From the NCBI GenBank assembly GCA_030295235.1, contig AP026172.1:124001-188000 (forward strand): a stretch of 64,000 nucleotides of DNA, read 5' to 3'. Positions 49,043 to 62,040 of the stretch are shown here, piece by piece; within the stretch, counting starts at the first letter, position 1; every line of letters begins with the position of its first letter. Position numbers and translations under genes: made by a program. The notes under the pieces were generated by a model. The model was not told the DNA's origin, searched no databases, and saw only the letters and a program-made list of their open reading frames with translations. This stretch comes from Fistulifera solaris. Lineage: Eukaryota.

Positions 49043-49246
49043 GACACTATAACGGGGTTTCTCCTTTGCATTCGTCGGTAAAACAACTGTAATAGGTGCG
49101 AATAAATGTGATGGGATATGATGTTTCCAGTAAGTATGATAAATGATAAAGCAAAGGACGGCTAGTTTTTTGTGATCATTGCGGAGTGGTGTGTTCGAAA
49201 ATTAATTTCGTCGGTCAAGACAATGTCGCAGCCAGTATTACAGGTA

Positions 49247-50387
49247 CTACCTCCGGGGGGCGATAATTGGCCCAAACCCCTTACACGATTCCCCCGTGTA
49301 AATCATTTCCTACTGACTTTCTACGTGAATCCACGTAGAGGAACAAGGACACACGGAAACTCAACGAACTCGATCGACCATGACACAATCAACTGAAGGA
49401 TGCATAAAATTAAGACGGAGCAACAACAAAGGATTATAACAATTGTCAATTGAAGCAAAGGGATACTGGAGGCGTTCCTTGAGGGTTGTTTGGAAGTATT
49501 TTGCGAAAAGAACAGAGCGAACGCTGGTGTTTATCGGTGAACGACGGTGAGCAATGACGATCGCGAGGGCAAGAGAGTTTGCTTCGCGAGACGCCTTCTC
49601 TGCCTTTTCCAACAGCCTTCCGAGGGCTCAAATAGTAACAATGCAGCAATCAGCAGCGTGAACAGGTTTTGGGGATATTAAGGAGTGTTTATTGCCGCAA
49701 AACTCTATTCGAAAAACGATGACGACGGCACAACCAATGACGATGGACTTTTAATGCTTCGCCACAAAAAAGGCCCCAGTCTCGGCAAGTTGAACTATCA
49801 GATGCTTTATTGTGGAAGAAATCGCTCTTATTGGGGGTATTTAAGTTGAAATTGCTAGGCTTTTCAAACACCAAAACAATCAACGTTCGCCCTCCAAAGA
49901 ATTGCATTGCTGACGAAAGGTTTCCATAGAGGCTTACATAGGTCCGTGTAATTGCAAGGAGAGAAGCGAAAATCAATAGGAGGGGTGTCTATAGGCGGAG
50001 CCGACTTTTTGATGAGGAATTTTGTCACGACAGGATATATTGCTTGCATGGAGGACAGCAACAAACACCTGCATCCGGCGTCGTCGTTGTCGTCCGTGTT
50101 GTGCTTCATCTTTCGGTCAAAACGAGAGAGAAAGACCGCGCCAGTGGACAAAACCGGGCACAAGAACTATAAAAAGGTTTTAAGGTCATGTTTACTTGCA
50201 TTTATTCATATTGAGTGGTTTGTATTGCCATGAAAATCACCATGGTGATGCCTCCATCGGTGTGTTAACACGTTGGTGACGGAGGGAAATTTTTGCCCCC
50301 TACGTAATATCACGTAGAATTTCAGTGCAAAAAAATTACACGAATTACACGAGCCACCGTGGGCCCATTATCGCCCCCCGGAGGTAG
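49247..50387. mobile_element. Non-autonomous Tc1/mariner-like DNA transposon (MITE-like, 1141 bp)
   Basis: TIRs ctacctccggggggcgataattggccca and tgggcccattatcgccccccggaggtag (1 mismatch), with weaker inverted similarity to ~100 bp; TA on both sides (49245-49246 and 50388-50389); no transposase ORF seen. Confidence 0.85.
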
Positions 50388-50845
50388 TACTATAGTCCGA
50401 AGTGCAGCCTCAATTTAACCATGACTGGACTTTAGTCATGGGCAAGGATTGTATCCGAAGTAGGGTTTCGAGTGCTTTCTCAGCTGTGCATCCAAACCAG
50501 CATTGCAATGGGATACTTTTACAAGAAGTGAAAGGTAGAAATTATTAATTACCAGGTACCGGTACCTTTGGGAATAAGTATCTACTATCACATCGTGCAC
50601 TGCTGCTATTGAAAGATTTTACTATGGTAAGAAGTGTTGTCTGTTTTTCACCATGACTGGATTTCAGTCATGAGTACGGATCTGTTCCGCAGACACGCGC
50701 GCAACCGCGACGACCAGCAACCCAAAGGAGTATACTCCTTTGTGAGAAGCAACCAGCAGCAAAATCAATTAACCAAACTCATTTCTTTCTACATTCATGT
50801 GGGAGGAAACATAAATCAAACCAAAGTATTTTCACACAAATAAGA

Positions 50846-52172
50846 ATGACATCAGATTCATCTCTGGAATATTTGCGCCCCGAAGTCGCGGCTTTAAAGC
50901 GCAAAGTCGATGCCTTTGTCGAAAACGAATGCATCCCCGCCGAACAGGAGTTGGAAGCATTTATGGCAAATCGACACGGCCCTGATCGCTGGACGGCGAT
51001 TCCTCCCTGTTTGGAACGTTTAAAAAAAACGAGCGAAGCAATTGGGATTGTGGAATTTGTTTGTTCCGCAGCATCTGATCGAAAAATTGCCCGATCCTTC
51101 GTTAGGACCTTCCGTCCCCTTGACCTATCGTGAATATGGGATTGTGTGTGAATCACTCGGACGTTGTCCGGATCTAGCGCCTCAAGCGTGCAATTCGAGT
51201 GCACCAGATACGGGAAATATGGAAGTTTTGTTGGAATTTGGTACCCCACAGCAAAAGCAGAAATATTTGTTGCCGATGTTGCGCGGCGAAATACGATCGT
51301 GTTTTTTAATGACCGAACCAGCCGTGGCCAGTAGTGATCCTACTAATTTAGAGACGACATTGGAGAAATGCATCAACCAGATTACGGGACAGATCGAATA
51401 CACACTGCGAGGGCGTAAATGGTGGAGTACGGGGGCCATGGATCCACGCTGTCGTTTGGCGCTCGTGGTGGCTCGAATGCAAAATTCTAGTTCAAACGCG
51501 ACGAGTAGACATGGCGCGCATACCATTGTAGCAGTTCCTATGCCTCATCCGCAAGTGAAATTGGAGCGAGCACTGACGGTCATGGGATACGATGATGCTC
51601 CGTTCGGACATGCTCAAGTTCTATTAGACAATGTCAAACTTACTCCTGAGGACTTAATTTTGGGAGAAGGAAGTGGCTTTCGTGTTTCACAAGCGAGACT
51701 TGGACCTGGGCGTATTCATCATTGCATGCGTGCGATTGGTATGGCCACGCGGTGCTACGAATCTATGATCCGGCGTTCCATGGAACGAACTACGTTTGGC
51801 AAACCGCTGTGGCAACATGGCGGTTGTCAAGAACAAATTGCGGACTCGGTGGCCGACTTGCATGCCGCCCGTCTTCTCACACTGTCGGTGGCGGCCGCCA
51901 TGGACTCGGTAGGAGCGCAGAAAGCGCGCGACCGCATAGCGGTCATCAAAGTCGCGGTGCCAGAATTATGTTATCGGGTGATCGATCGTGCTGTACAAGT
52001 TCATGGGGGAGCGGGATTATCACAAGATTTCATATTGGCGAAAGCTTTAGCAGGATTGCGCTCGTTGCGCATCGCCGATGGTCCCGATAGTGTTCATCGT
52101 CGAACCATTGCCCTTTTGGAAATCAAAAAGGAAATGAACAAAAGAAAATCACAACAGAAGAGTCATTTGTAG
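50846..52172 (+). CDS. Acyl-CoA dehydrogenase (ACAD10/11-like domain), peroxisomal
   Basis: GLWNLF, CNSSAPDTGNMEVL, MTEPAVASSD, GRKWWSTGAMDPRC, QARLGPGRIHHCMR, LRIADGPD; C-terminal SHL (PTS1); indel at the A-run 51021-51029. Confidence 0.92.
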
Positions 52173-52783
52173 CTGTTGTTTGTTAGCATGTTTTTACACC
52201 CGATCAGAATGAGACTATGATTGAAGCGGCGAAAGATATGATCTTATCCTATCGCATGAGCATCAACAATTTTATGGTGTACTATACGATGTTGGAGCTA
52301 GATCTTCATCGAGGAAAGTAGAATGGATCAATTGCAATCATTTGGGATTTCATTTGGACAAAATCGCTCGAATACAGCATCAATAACGCCAAATAGTATG
52401 ACTATCATCCCATTGATCTTATGGAATCGGTTGCTTTCTTTTCAATAGATGTTACGTGAAGAGAGATTCATCTCTCAACTACAAAAGGATAATAAATTGG
52501 ATCCGGGATTGGCTTCAAACGTGACTCGTCGTCAATGAAGTCACTCAACACTACATTTGACTTGATAGTAAAACTTTTAGTGATTATTCCTTTCGTTGCG
52601 TCAGTTTTCATTTTTTATCGACAAAATGATGATCATGTGTTGTACTGAACATTCTTCTTCTGTGCCCAATAGTTCCTAGGACTTAGAATTCGAATCCAAA
52701 AAGCAATACAGACACAGGGTTATCGAAGCTTCATCAAACGAAAAGCAAGAGAAAGGTGAAAAGGAGGTGGCGATTTGAGTGGG

Positions 52784-54356
52784 ATGTGGCGAGGTGTTTT
52801 CTCCATAATGTGGATGTTGTCACGTGCTTCAAAGGGACGTTCATTTCGAGGAGCTTTAAATATTGTTAGTACATCAAAGTCATGTACATGGATCCAGTCC
52901 TCTGCTTTATTATCAACCCATTTCAACTTTCGATGCATCGAATCATCAATACGCCGACCGTTGCCGCGCTGCTTCGTCGCGTCGAATGAGGATTCTGTAG
53001 AAACCTCGGTCGGTCACATGGCCAATTTGTACCAAGAATGGAGTCTCGAACAAGACCGGATGCTTTGGGAGTATCGCAACGAGCCCGTGAGTACCATTGC
53101 TGCTCGTCTGGGTAGAGGTCTTCGTGGTGTCGAAACGAGATTAGCCAAACTCAAAGATCCTTCTAGCAATGCGTACATGCGCTTGTTCAGTGATGATCTG
53201 GCGCTGTCGAATGAGAAAAACAATGGAAAGAAACCCAAATTTGTACCGGCGTCGGAAGTTTTACGTAGAATACGATGGGACGCGAGTTTGCCCAGCCAGG
53301 ACTTTTCCATACTCTATTACGATCGTGTCGAAGACGAAGTATTGGAAGCACCATTCGATGCCCCCAATACAAGTATTAAAGGAAAAGCAACGAACATAAT
53401 AGATGCCCTTCCGGAACACAGGATTAAAGGTATTAAATTCAAAGAGCAGATCGTATGGGATAGAGATCGCCGGTTAGATTTGGTGTTTTCGGCTCCAGGA
53501 ATTGCTCGCGTCATGGAGAGCTACGACGCTTGGAAGCAGGCACGTGACGCCGAGGAGGAAACGAATCGCAAACGACAAGCGGAAGTATCGTATCGACTAC
53601 AAAGTGCATTGGGTACAGAGCGGTTTACTGAGTTGAAAGAACTTTCGCGCGAAATTCAGACGACTGCTCAAAGAGAAGACAACATGCTGCTCATGCTGGA
53701 AGTTGAAAAATACGTGCAGGTAGCACTAACACTGTTTCGGCAGGCTCGGGAGAACCCTTCCAGTAGTCTAGCGCCGTCTTTGATTGCCATAAACGATTAT
53801 GAAGCACTGGATCAGCTTTCTGAAATTGTGGCGCTTTTACCTGATCCCCACTTGAAACCCGTCATTCTGACAGAAGTATTGCGAGCAATGAAGAAAGTAG
53901 AAGGCAAACCTGTGGAAAGTCAACCGAAGGATTTACCCGAAATCGATGAAGCCGATGTAGTTGAGACGTTTGTACGGGGATCAGGGCCTGGTGGGCAAAA
54001 GGTTAGTAATGATCGGCGTGTTACGTTTACATATCATTCTCGACCCACTCATTCCTCTCTGAATGCGCTATTGAAAGGTCAATAAAACCAGCAATCGCGT
54101 CTCCCTACTACATGTACCAACTGGACTGCGCGTAGAATGCCAAGACACGCGTTCATTGCAACAAAACCGGAAGATTGCTCGGAAGCGCTTGCGTTTAAAA
54201 CTAGACGAGTACTTGAATGGCAGTCAGAGCCGTACTAGCTTGGCCGCTCAAAAAGCTGCCGCCAAAAAGTTGAAATCCAAGGCAAGGAGTCGCTCGAGAC
54301 AAAAACAGAAACGTGAAGCAAACAACGATCCATCATCGGAGACAGTCGAAGATTGA
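52784..54356 (+). CDS. Organelle-targeted HTH + MJ1316 + GGQ peptidyl-tRNA hydrolase (C12orf65/ArfB-like) fusion protein
   Basis: SEVLRRIRWD...YYDRV...LPEHRIKGIKFKEQIVWDRDRRLD (MJ1316); ETFVRGSGPGGQK|VNKTSNRVSLLHVPTGLRVECQDTRSLQQNRKIARKRL across intron 54002-54077; basic C-terminal tail. Confidence 0.85.
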
Positions 54357-54644
54357 GAACATCGTTTTTGAAGTTGGTGCGACATCTGAGTAGGGACAAT
54401 TAGCAGCATAGAGGCGTTTCTCCATTTCGTGTTCTTTTCTCATTCCTCCTTCGAACTATCCACTTTTATGTACGATCACACGTGGAACTTGAGTGGAACG
54501 GCATAGTGAAGATACAAGATACACCCATCGAAGTTGCACGATACTGGTAGCGATAGATCTTTGGCTCTCCCATTTTTTCGCAATTTCTTCAACAAGAGAG
54601 ATTCGCTCAACTTGCAACAATACCTGCCATTGTCTCTTACAATT

Positions 54645-55232
54645 ATGTCCATCAAGAGAGACACCCTATTCGTTTGGGACGGAATCTTGGAGGTCAGAGA
54701 CGACGACAATGGCTGGTTTGATTGTGTTTGGTATGGAACGGTGACAGTGAACGAGAATGCTCCGGATCCCACACAAGTAGAAGCTCCCATTCGCAATGCC
54801 TTTAAATCACTTTGTGATTCGGAGTTGCAGTTTCGTGTCAATGGAAAAGCGAAACCAGTGGACGGAGTGCAAGACAGCAACCGCTTCAAGTCCTACGCAA
54901 TAGAGTTCACGGAAGGCGATGGTTGGGACTATGCGGGAAAGAAACACAAGGATACAGTCCACACTGTCCTTTCTGCACTGCAATGGCAAGGAAATCCCGA
55001 CAAACGTCTCAGCCTTTGCTTTGGCTGTGGCTCGAATGCAAACGGAAGTTTTATTTCCACGGGTTGGATGAGACCGGGTAACCGTATCACGTTGGCTCGT
55101 CGCTACGTGAACGATGAGCGAAATGATTTGAAATGTGAATCACTGCGTGAAAAAGTGCTCGAGCAGATTTATGATGAAAATAAAGATGAAATTGTTTTTC
55201 CTCCGTGGATGTGCGAGCTTTTCAATGCTTGA
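54645..55232 (+). CDS. Hypothetical protein
   Basis: 195-aa globular-looking ORF (GCGSNANGSFISTGWMRPGNRITLARRY); no function assignable. Confidence 0.7.
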   Translation: MSIKRDTLFVWDGILEVRDDDNGWFDCVWYGTVTVNENAPDPTQVEAPIRNAFKSLCDSELQFRVNGKAKPVDGVQDSNRFKSYAIEFTEGDGWDYAGKKHKDTVHTVLSALQWQGNPDKRLSLCFGCGSNANGSFISTGWMRPGNRITLARRYVNDERNDLKCESLREKVLEQIYDENKDEIVFPPWMCELFNA

Positions 55233-55834
55233 GCTTTGCTGGTCATTGCATGAAATATGTGGTATTACATATGTTACGCAGTAAATATAAGGATTCTTAG
55301 TTTGAGGAGGAATAGGTTTAGTTGAATGATAAAGCTTATCGCAGCCAGAAATTTAGACCTATTTGCAGTTCAATCCACAAACGCACGTCTTTGGTTTTGT
55401 CTTCTTTGTAAGCTCTATGGCGTCTCTCATTCTTCAATCAAGTCGTTCTGCACCTTGTTGCTTGTTGCAGTTTCGTGTCGGCAGAATTTCGTTCCCGGTG
55501 TTTCGCACATTCAGTACACACCACGTCCTATTACAAGTACATCCGTCTGCGACGACAATCAATCCCAGATCGTCTGATCGACGTCAGTCACTGCTCAGCC
55601 GTGCGCCCACAGCCCTCTCTTTTTTTTTCGCGTCCCCGACAGATCTTTTTCACGCAGGTTAAGCGGCCCAACAAAAGGTACTTGTACTTGTAAACGAAAG
55701 CAATCAAACATCCTAAGAACTCATTTGCTCTTTCGACTGCGGGTTTGTGAGTGTCATCGATCGCCCTTTCATATAGAAAAAGGGACTCATAAAAAGTTAT
55801 CACCATTACTCACAACATCAACAACAACAACCTC

Positions 55835-58377
55835 ATGAGGTTTATAATCACTACCGCACTGTGTTACCTGATGCCAAGCGCTTCGGCCTTTGCCCCCTTT
55901 TCGACTTCTTCGCTTTCTTCCTCGACGGCTCGCTTTGCGACGGAACCACGCACCTTGTACGACAAGATCTGGGACGATCACATGGTCGATGATGATGGCA
56001 TGTCCTGTTTGATTTATGTCGATCGTCATTTGGTGCACGAAGTCACTTCCCCGCAAGCCTTTGAAGGTCTCCGTATGGCCAATCGCGGTGTCCGACGTCC
56101 CGATTGTACGCTCGTGACGGTCGATCACAATGTCCCCACCACGGATCGAACGGCCTTGATTGATGTGGAAACCTTCATTGAAGAGACGGCGAGTCGTACG
56201 CAAGTTTTGCAGTTGGAAAAGAATGTCAAAGACTTTGGTTTGAAATACTTTTCGTTTGCCGATGAGCGTCAAGGAATTGTTCATATTATTGGACCGGAAC
56301 AGGGTTTTACTTTGCCCGGTTGTGTCACAGTATGCGGTGATTCCCATACGGCGACTCATGGAGCGTTTGGTGCCTTGGCGTTTGGTATCGGAACCAGTGA
56401 AGTTGAGCATGTCCTGGCGACTCAGGTAAGTCGACCTTTCTTGTCGAATTATTGTTGCATTTAAAAATTTGTCTGACATTTTACCCACATGCGAACTTGA
56501 ATCAAAGACACTCCCCCAGACCAAGACAAAGAACATGCTCATTCGCGTAGACGGTCAGCTGGGAGAAGGCGTCACATCGAAGGATATCATTTTGCATATT
56601 ATTGGCGTCATCGGCACAGCCGGTGGAACTGGATATACCATCGAATTTGGAGGATCGGCGATTGAGAGTCTTTCCATGGAAGCTCGCATGTCCATTTCGA
56701 ACATGGCGATTGAAGCCGGAGCTCGTGCGGGAATTATTGCGCCGGATGAAATTACCTTCGAGTACCTTAAGGGTCGTCCCATGTGCCCGTCGGGAGACGA
56801 GTGGGATCGTGCTGTCGAGTATTGGAAATCGTTGCGTTCGGATGAAGGTGCCAAGTACGACGAAACCATCGTCATTGATGCCAAGGACATTAGTCCTACT
56901 GTTACTTGGGGAACCAGTCCGCAGGATGTGGCGCCCGTCACGGGAAATGTTCCTATGATTGCCGATGGAAACAGTGCTGCTCGACAGGTAAGCCATTGCG
57001 GCTGAATAAATGTGAGGTGACTGCTCGTTTCTCAGGCAAGTGTACTCATTTGTATGCTACTCTTTGCAGGCCGCTATCAAGCGATCTTTGGAGTACATTG
57101 GTCTGGAGGAGGGACAAGCTCTTGAAGGTGTTCCTGTAGATAAAGTTTTTATCGGATCTTGTACGAACGGACGTATCGAAGATATTCGCGAAGTTGCAGC
57201 TATAGCGATTGGACGAAAGGTTGCAGAAGGTGTTCACGCGATGGTGGTGCCTGGATCAGGTCTTGTGAAGAAGCAGGCCGAAGACGAGGGTTTGGATAAG
57301 ATTTTGATTGATGCTGGCTTCGATTGGCGCGAACCTGGCTGCAGTATGTGTTTGGCCATGAATGCTGATAAACTGAAACCGAAGGAACGATGCGCGTCGA
57401 CATCCAACCGAAACTTTGAGGGTCGTCAGGGCAATGGTGGCAGAACGCATTTGATGTCTCCTGCGATGGCGGCTAGTGCAGCGGTTGCTGGGGCTATTAC
57501 GGATGTACGAAAGTATCCATTTTTGGGAGATCCTTCTGCGGACCCTCGCAAGGCGTCGAAGCAGAGCCGCGTTTTCTCAACTGAGCAATATGTTTCTCCA
57601 GGAGCCGTCATTTCTCCGCCTGCCCCGTATTTGGCAAAGAAATCGAATTCCGGTGAAGTTGGTGGAGCGGCTGGTCTTCCACGTTTCGAGAGTTTGACTG
57701 GTGTTGCTGCTCCGTTGGATATTCAGAACATTGATACAGACATGATTATCCCTAAGGAGTTTTTGAAAACGATTAATCGCTCGGGCCTTGGATTTGCTGC
57801 CTTTGCTGAACTCAGATACGAAAATCCTGAGGAAGTTGCAACTGTAGGCGCTGAAGTTGCGAAACCACGCCCGGACTTTGTCTTGAACAAAGACGGATAC
57901 AAGTCGACAAAAATCTTGATTGCTGGTGATAACTTTGGTTGTGGATCCAGTCGTGAGCATGCGCCATGGTCCATCAACGACATGGGAATCCGGTGTATTA
58001 TCAGTACTTCATTTGCCGATATCTTCTACAACAACTGCTTTAACAATGGCATGCTTCCCGTGACTCTTCCAAGAGATCAAGTCGAAATCTTGTTGGCTGA
58101 CGCCGCGACGCCTGGAACGGAAATTACTGTCGACCTTGTTAACCAAAAGGTGGTTCGCCCCAACGGAGAGGTATTCCCTTTTGAAATCGATTCATTCCGC
58201 AAGCACTGCTTGGTCAATGGGCTTGATAAGATCGGCTTGACGCTTGAAAAGGGTGATAAAATTAAGACATTTGAAACGGCGCGCTCGGCGCAATATCCCT
58301 GGTTGGATGGTGCTGCCTTGAAGGTGCCTGATGTTGTCGCAATGTATCCTGGGGCTGGTTTCTGGGCTCGCAACTAA
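55835..58377 (+). CDS. LEU1: Plastid 3-isopropylmalate dehydratase, fused large + small subunits
   Basis: ASAFAP presequence; [47 protein letters not shown]; LeuD part [26 protein letters not shown]; introns 56426-56507 and 56988-57069. Confidence 0.96.
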
Positions 58378-58544
58378 GCATCAGCGTGAAGAGTAACCAT
58401 GTTCGCTTCGCGAACACTCATATTAGACAGTTGAATTAAATGTTAAGCAATTAGATTCAAGTCTTTTCAGATCATGTTATGTACAAGGTGAGTGAAGGCC
58501 TACAAATCGAAAACCAGCAACATAGCGTCTGGACAAATTACTTT

Positions 58545-59921
58545 TCATTCCTGTGACTCCTCTTCCGACTCTCGTTTCATATATTCGGCTAAACCCCTCC
58601 ATATTACTGTAAAAAGTATTGATTGGAGGGCATTCGCAAAAATGCGTGTTCTCAGTCCTCTGCCGAACAGTCCTCTCCAACCATCTGTGGCTAGAATAAT
58701 CTCTATGACTTCCGAGTATGTAACACCGTGCTTCGATCCTAACGATTGTTTGGTAGTTTTGATGACACGCATGAAGTTCACAACTGTATCACTAACAATA
58801 CTGGCAATCAAACCAATCCCCGCGTTGCGAAGGAACGGGCGAGGAATGATAGCCTGGAGCCACTGACTATCATTTAGCAAATGATAGGTGTAAAACTGTA
58901 CCGCAATAGGCACAGTGAGCCAATTTAACAATCTCAAAATTGTCTGCGTCGGGGCCATTTGAAACTTACCCAGGGATAGTGTCCGAGAATTGCTGATACG
59001 CAGGTTGCCGTGGCTCCTTGGAACAGGACATCTATTCGACCATTTCGTAGACGCCGAATAAGACTTCGAAATCCTTCTACTGAATCTACCTGAAGTACTG
59101 TTTTCATCGTATCAATAGCTGAATGTTGCAGAGAGTGTAGAGAAGCAAGGCTGTGAGACTTTGAATGCTCAAGCAGCATATCTAAAAATGATAACCACAT
59201 TCTTTAACTCACGCATCAATATCATTCTCCAGAACCCTACAAAGATGGATGCCACAAAAGTTTTTCTCCCTGGTCCCCAATTCTGTGTGTAGGTCAAGCT
59301 CGCCATCAAAGAGTCCACCCCGTCATTTGCCGCCGTGCTGACAAATCGAGCCAAAGGTGCCTGGATGAGAGCAAAGAAGAATCCTCTGTACAATCGGGCG
59401 ATACCTCCTTCTCTCATCAACGTCTTGAATGCTTGTACAAACGTTGTTCCGTATCGATATTGATAATTGCTGATAGTGCGAAGCCACATGAGCGACGCCA
59501 CTTGAATCATGCCCGCGATCGCTCCTGGAATGCCACCTCCCAATCCCCGGCGACCGGCACTGATTAATATTTGATTCAAAGAACGCCGTTGCTGAGGTAC
59601 TATGTCGGCTTTGTCTGGCTTTCTTCGAACCCATCCGTTGTTTTCTTCGTTGCTTTCTTGTACAGATGCCGTGGCCGCCACAAACAGTAGGGGACAAAAC
59701 CGACAGGGGGCTTCATCGTAGGTCGACCATCCGGCGCTGGGAGACCGAGAACACCCATTCAACCAGCATAGCACCAGTACAAAGAATAAGTAAGATGAAT
59801 GAAATAATGCACTTTGTACTTTATTGCGTCTCCTTCGTATGAAGCGATTGGATGTTGGTGCCGAGGCTGCTGCTTTCTCAATCGATGAATGGCTCTCGCG
59901 GATTGTTCCTTTTTCTATCAT
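58545..59921 (-). CDS. Mitochondrial carrier family (SLC25)-like protein with N-terminal extension
   Basis: GGGIPGAIAG...LMWLRTISNYQYRYG, EGGIARLYRG, IDTMKTVLQV, DGWRGLFGRGLRTRI; introns ~59121-59211 and ~58894-58969. Confidence 0.85.
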
Positions 59922-60492
59922 TGTGTGTTGCCGTTTTGCCGCTGTATTGCCTTTCCTGTACAACTAACTTCGTTAACTTCGTTACTATCGTAAATTGTTG
60001 TTTTCACTCTTCAGGGTAAACGGTTGTCGCTCTTGTTGTTGCTTATCGTGAAGTTGAATCTTGATCTTTGTGAGTGCGAATGCAATCGATTTTCTGGTTT
60101 GTTTATTTCGCCCTTGGAGATGGGGTTTAAAACCAACTCTTCTTGCCATAGTAGACGAAAGTGCCATGTTGAGTGCTACTTGGCTCTAAGTGATTTTGAA
60201 TGATATCCGTTGAGCTTGTGTACAAAACAACTAACGTCCTATAAAAAAAGCCTCTACTATGGTGGAACAAACCATTTCTGCGATTTCACTGTCGGATCTA
60301 CACGGTTTGCACTTAAATATAACGCTTAAAGATACTGCTTAGCATTTGATTCGATTCATTCGTCTCATCACTGAACTGAAACACAAGAAACAAACAACAA
60401 AATCACATGCCACTTCGAGAGAAGACCTTTTTGTTTTGCTTTCGATTTTGATGCAACCGAACGAATTCACAATTCACAATTCACGCAACACC

Positions 60493-61423
60493 ATGAAATA
60501 CATCGTTTTCGTAATAGCTCTGATTGGGGCGGCGAAAGCTCTCGACGTTTCGATTGAAGAAGTCGTCTGCGATGAGTCCTTAGATGTGACGGCGATTATT
60601 CAAATGGAATGTAATGGCGGGCGACGATGTGCCTTTGGTTCTACTTCAAGACTTTATGGAACACGTAAGATTACAATATATATGATGTTTCTTGCGTTTT
60701 GTTGTCAAATATGAATGATTCACCTTATTCTGGTCCTCTCTATGATTGCATCGACAATCGATAGTTTACTACAAAGGCGTCAATTACTCCGGAATTCAAA
60801 ACAATCAAGCTTATTTCTCGGTCGATCTCAAATTCTTGACACTAGAATATAAGCCCTTTGAAATGAGGCAATTTCAACTTTGCCATGGAAGCCTTGTGCA
60901 AGGACAAGACAGCCAATCCGCGTGTCCCGCCGATGGAACATATATGTATTCTATTTCGTACAAATTACCTGCCGCAGGTGGCGGTCATCCCGTGTGGTTA
61001 GCCAGTGGATTTCAGGGAAATGGAGTTATTCGAATGTATGCGGAACAAGATGAACGAATGTTAATCGGGGAGTGTCACTTACGGCTCAAGACGTATGTCA
61101 CGCGGACGGACGAAAACACATTCGGACCGCTCGTAACGCCGAGTGCTGCAGTCACGCTAGGAATTGTTTCGGCGTTCATGGCTTTGGTCGGACTTTGTTG
61201 TTGCTATTCGCGGTGCTGTGTTCGACGAAGAATGAAAGTACAGGATGCCGTCTCGGAAAATGAATCACTGTTCACGCGCATGGAAGATGACAAGATCATT
61301 ACCACAGCTCGACCAACCAAAACGAACGAATTCCAACATTTATCCGACACGGAAAGCGCTTCTACAATATCGAATCTCAACTCGCCTAGAACACAGAAAA
61401 CGCTGCAAATGCCTCTCATGTAA
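60493..61423 (+). CDS. Secreted/type I membrane hypothetical protein (ML-like beta ectodomain, Cys-rich TM flank)
   Basis: Signal peptide MKYIVFVIALIGAAKA; CPADGTYMYSISYKLP; TM segment followed by LCCCYSRCC; intron ~60665-60763. Confidence 0.75.
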
Positions 61424-61666
61424 CTCTATCAGTCGTTTCGATTGTTCATTTTTAATAACGATAAACATTGTCATACCGTAACCGGATAGTTGAAAAGATG
61501 AAGCAAATAAACAAAGCAATTGTAAGATAATGTTGCATCACACACAACGGAACGGCAAGGAATGATTACACAAACGTCAAACTTCATGATTGAAATCGAG
61601 TCACGATATGCCTAAGGAATATATTATGAAGGGGCGACAATCAAAAAGGTACACTAGCTGTTCTAA

Positions 61667-62040
61667 TTATTCTTCGACGGAGCTATAATCAACAAACAGC
61701 TCGTCACTGATGGATATATTTTCTTCAAAGCCATCGCAACGCCGTCACTCTTGGTCCGAACATTCACTTAAGAAAGTAAAAGGAGCATTCTTTTTCGCCA
61801 GCCTGCACACCCCACGCAAGATCATTCATGAAATGCAATCCCATCCGTAGGGCATATTGTGTTCCACCCCATGCGTCAATATCCATGAATTAGGGACCGT
61901 CACAATGGGGCAAGATACCGATCTTGTTTACCTTCCCAGTAGTATCCAATTGTTTGGTCGATTTTGAAATCTCTATCAGTGAACAGTCCTTTTCCCGCAA
62001 GTTTGATTGTCGAGTTTTTTACCTTGAACCGCGGTAGTTA
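61667..62040 (-). pseudogene. Degenerate SET-domain coding relic
   Basis: Manual translation FKVKNSTIKLAGKGLFTDRDFKIDQTIGYYWEG / DIDAWGG...MGLHFMND / VNVRTKSDGVAMALKKI / SISDELFVDYS*, interrupted by stops and frameshifts. Confidence 0.7.

Noticed and set aside
49361..50233. ORFs inside the TIR element as a transposase
   Set aside because: They are short, and no HTH or DDD/E catalytic motif is recognisable
24484..52172. PEX19, Mpv17/PMP22 and PTS1-ACAD as a peroxisomal cluster
   Set aside because: They are widely spaced, and the Mpv17 protein has a plastid-type presequence
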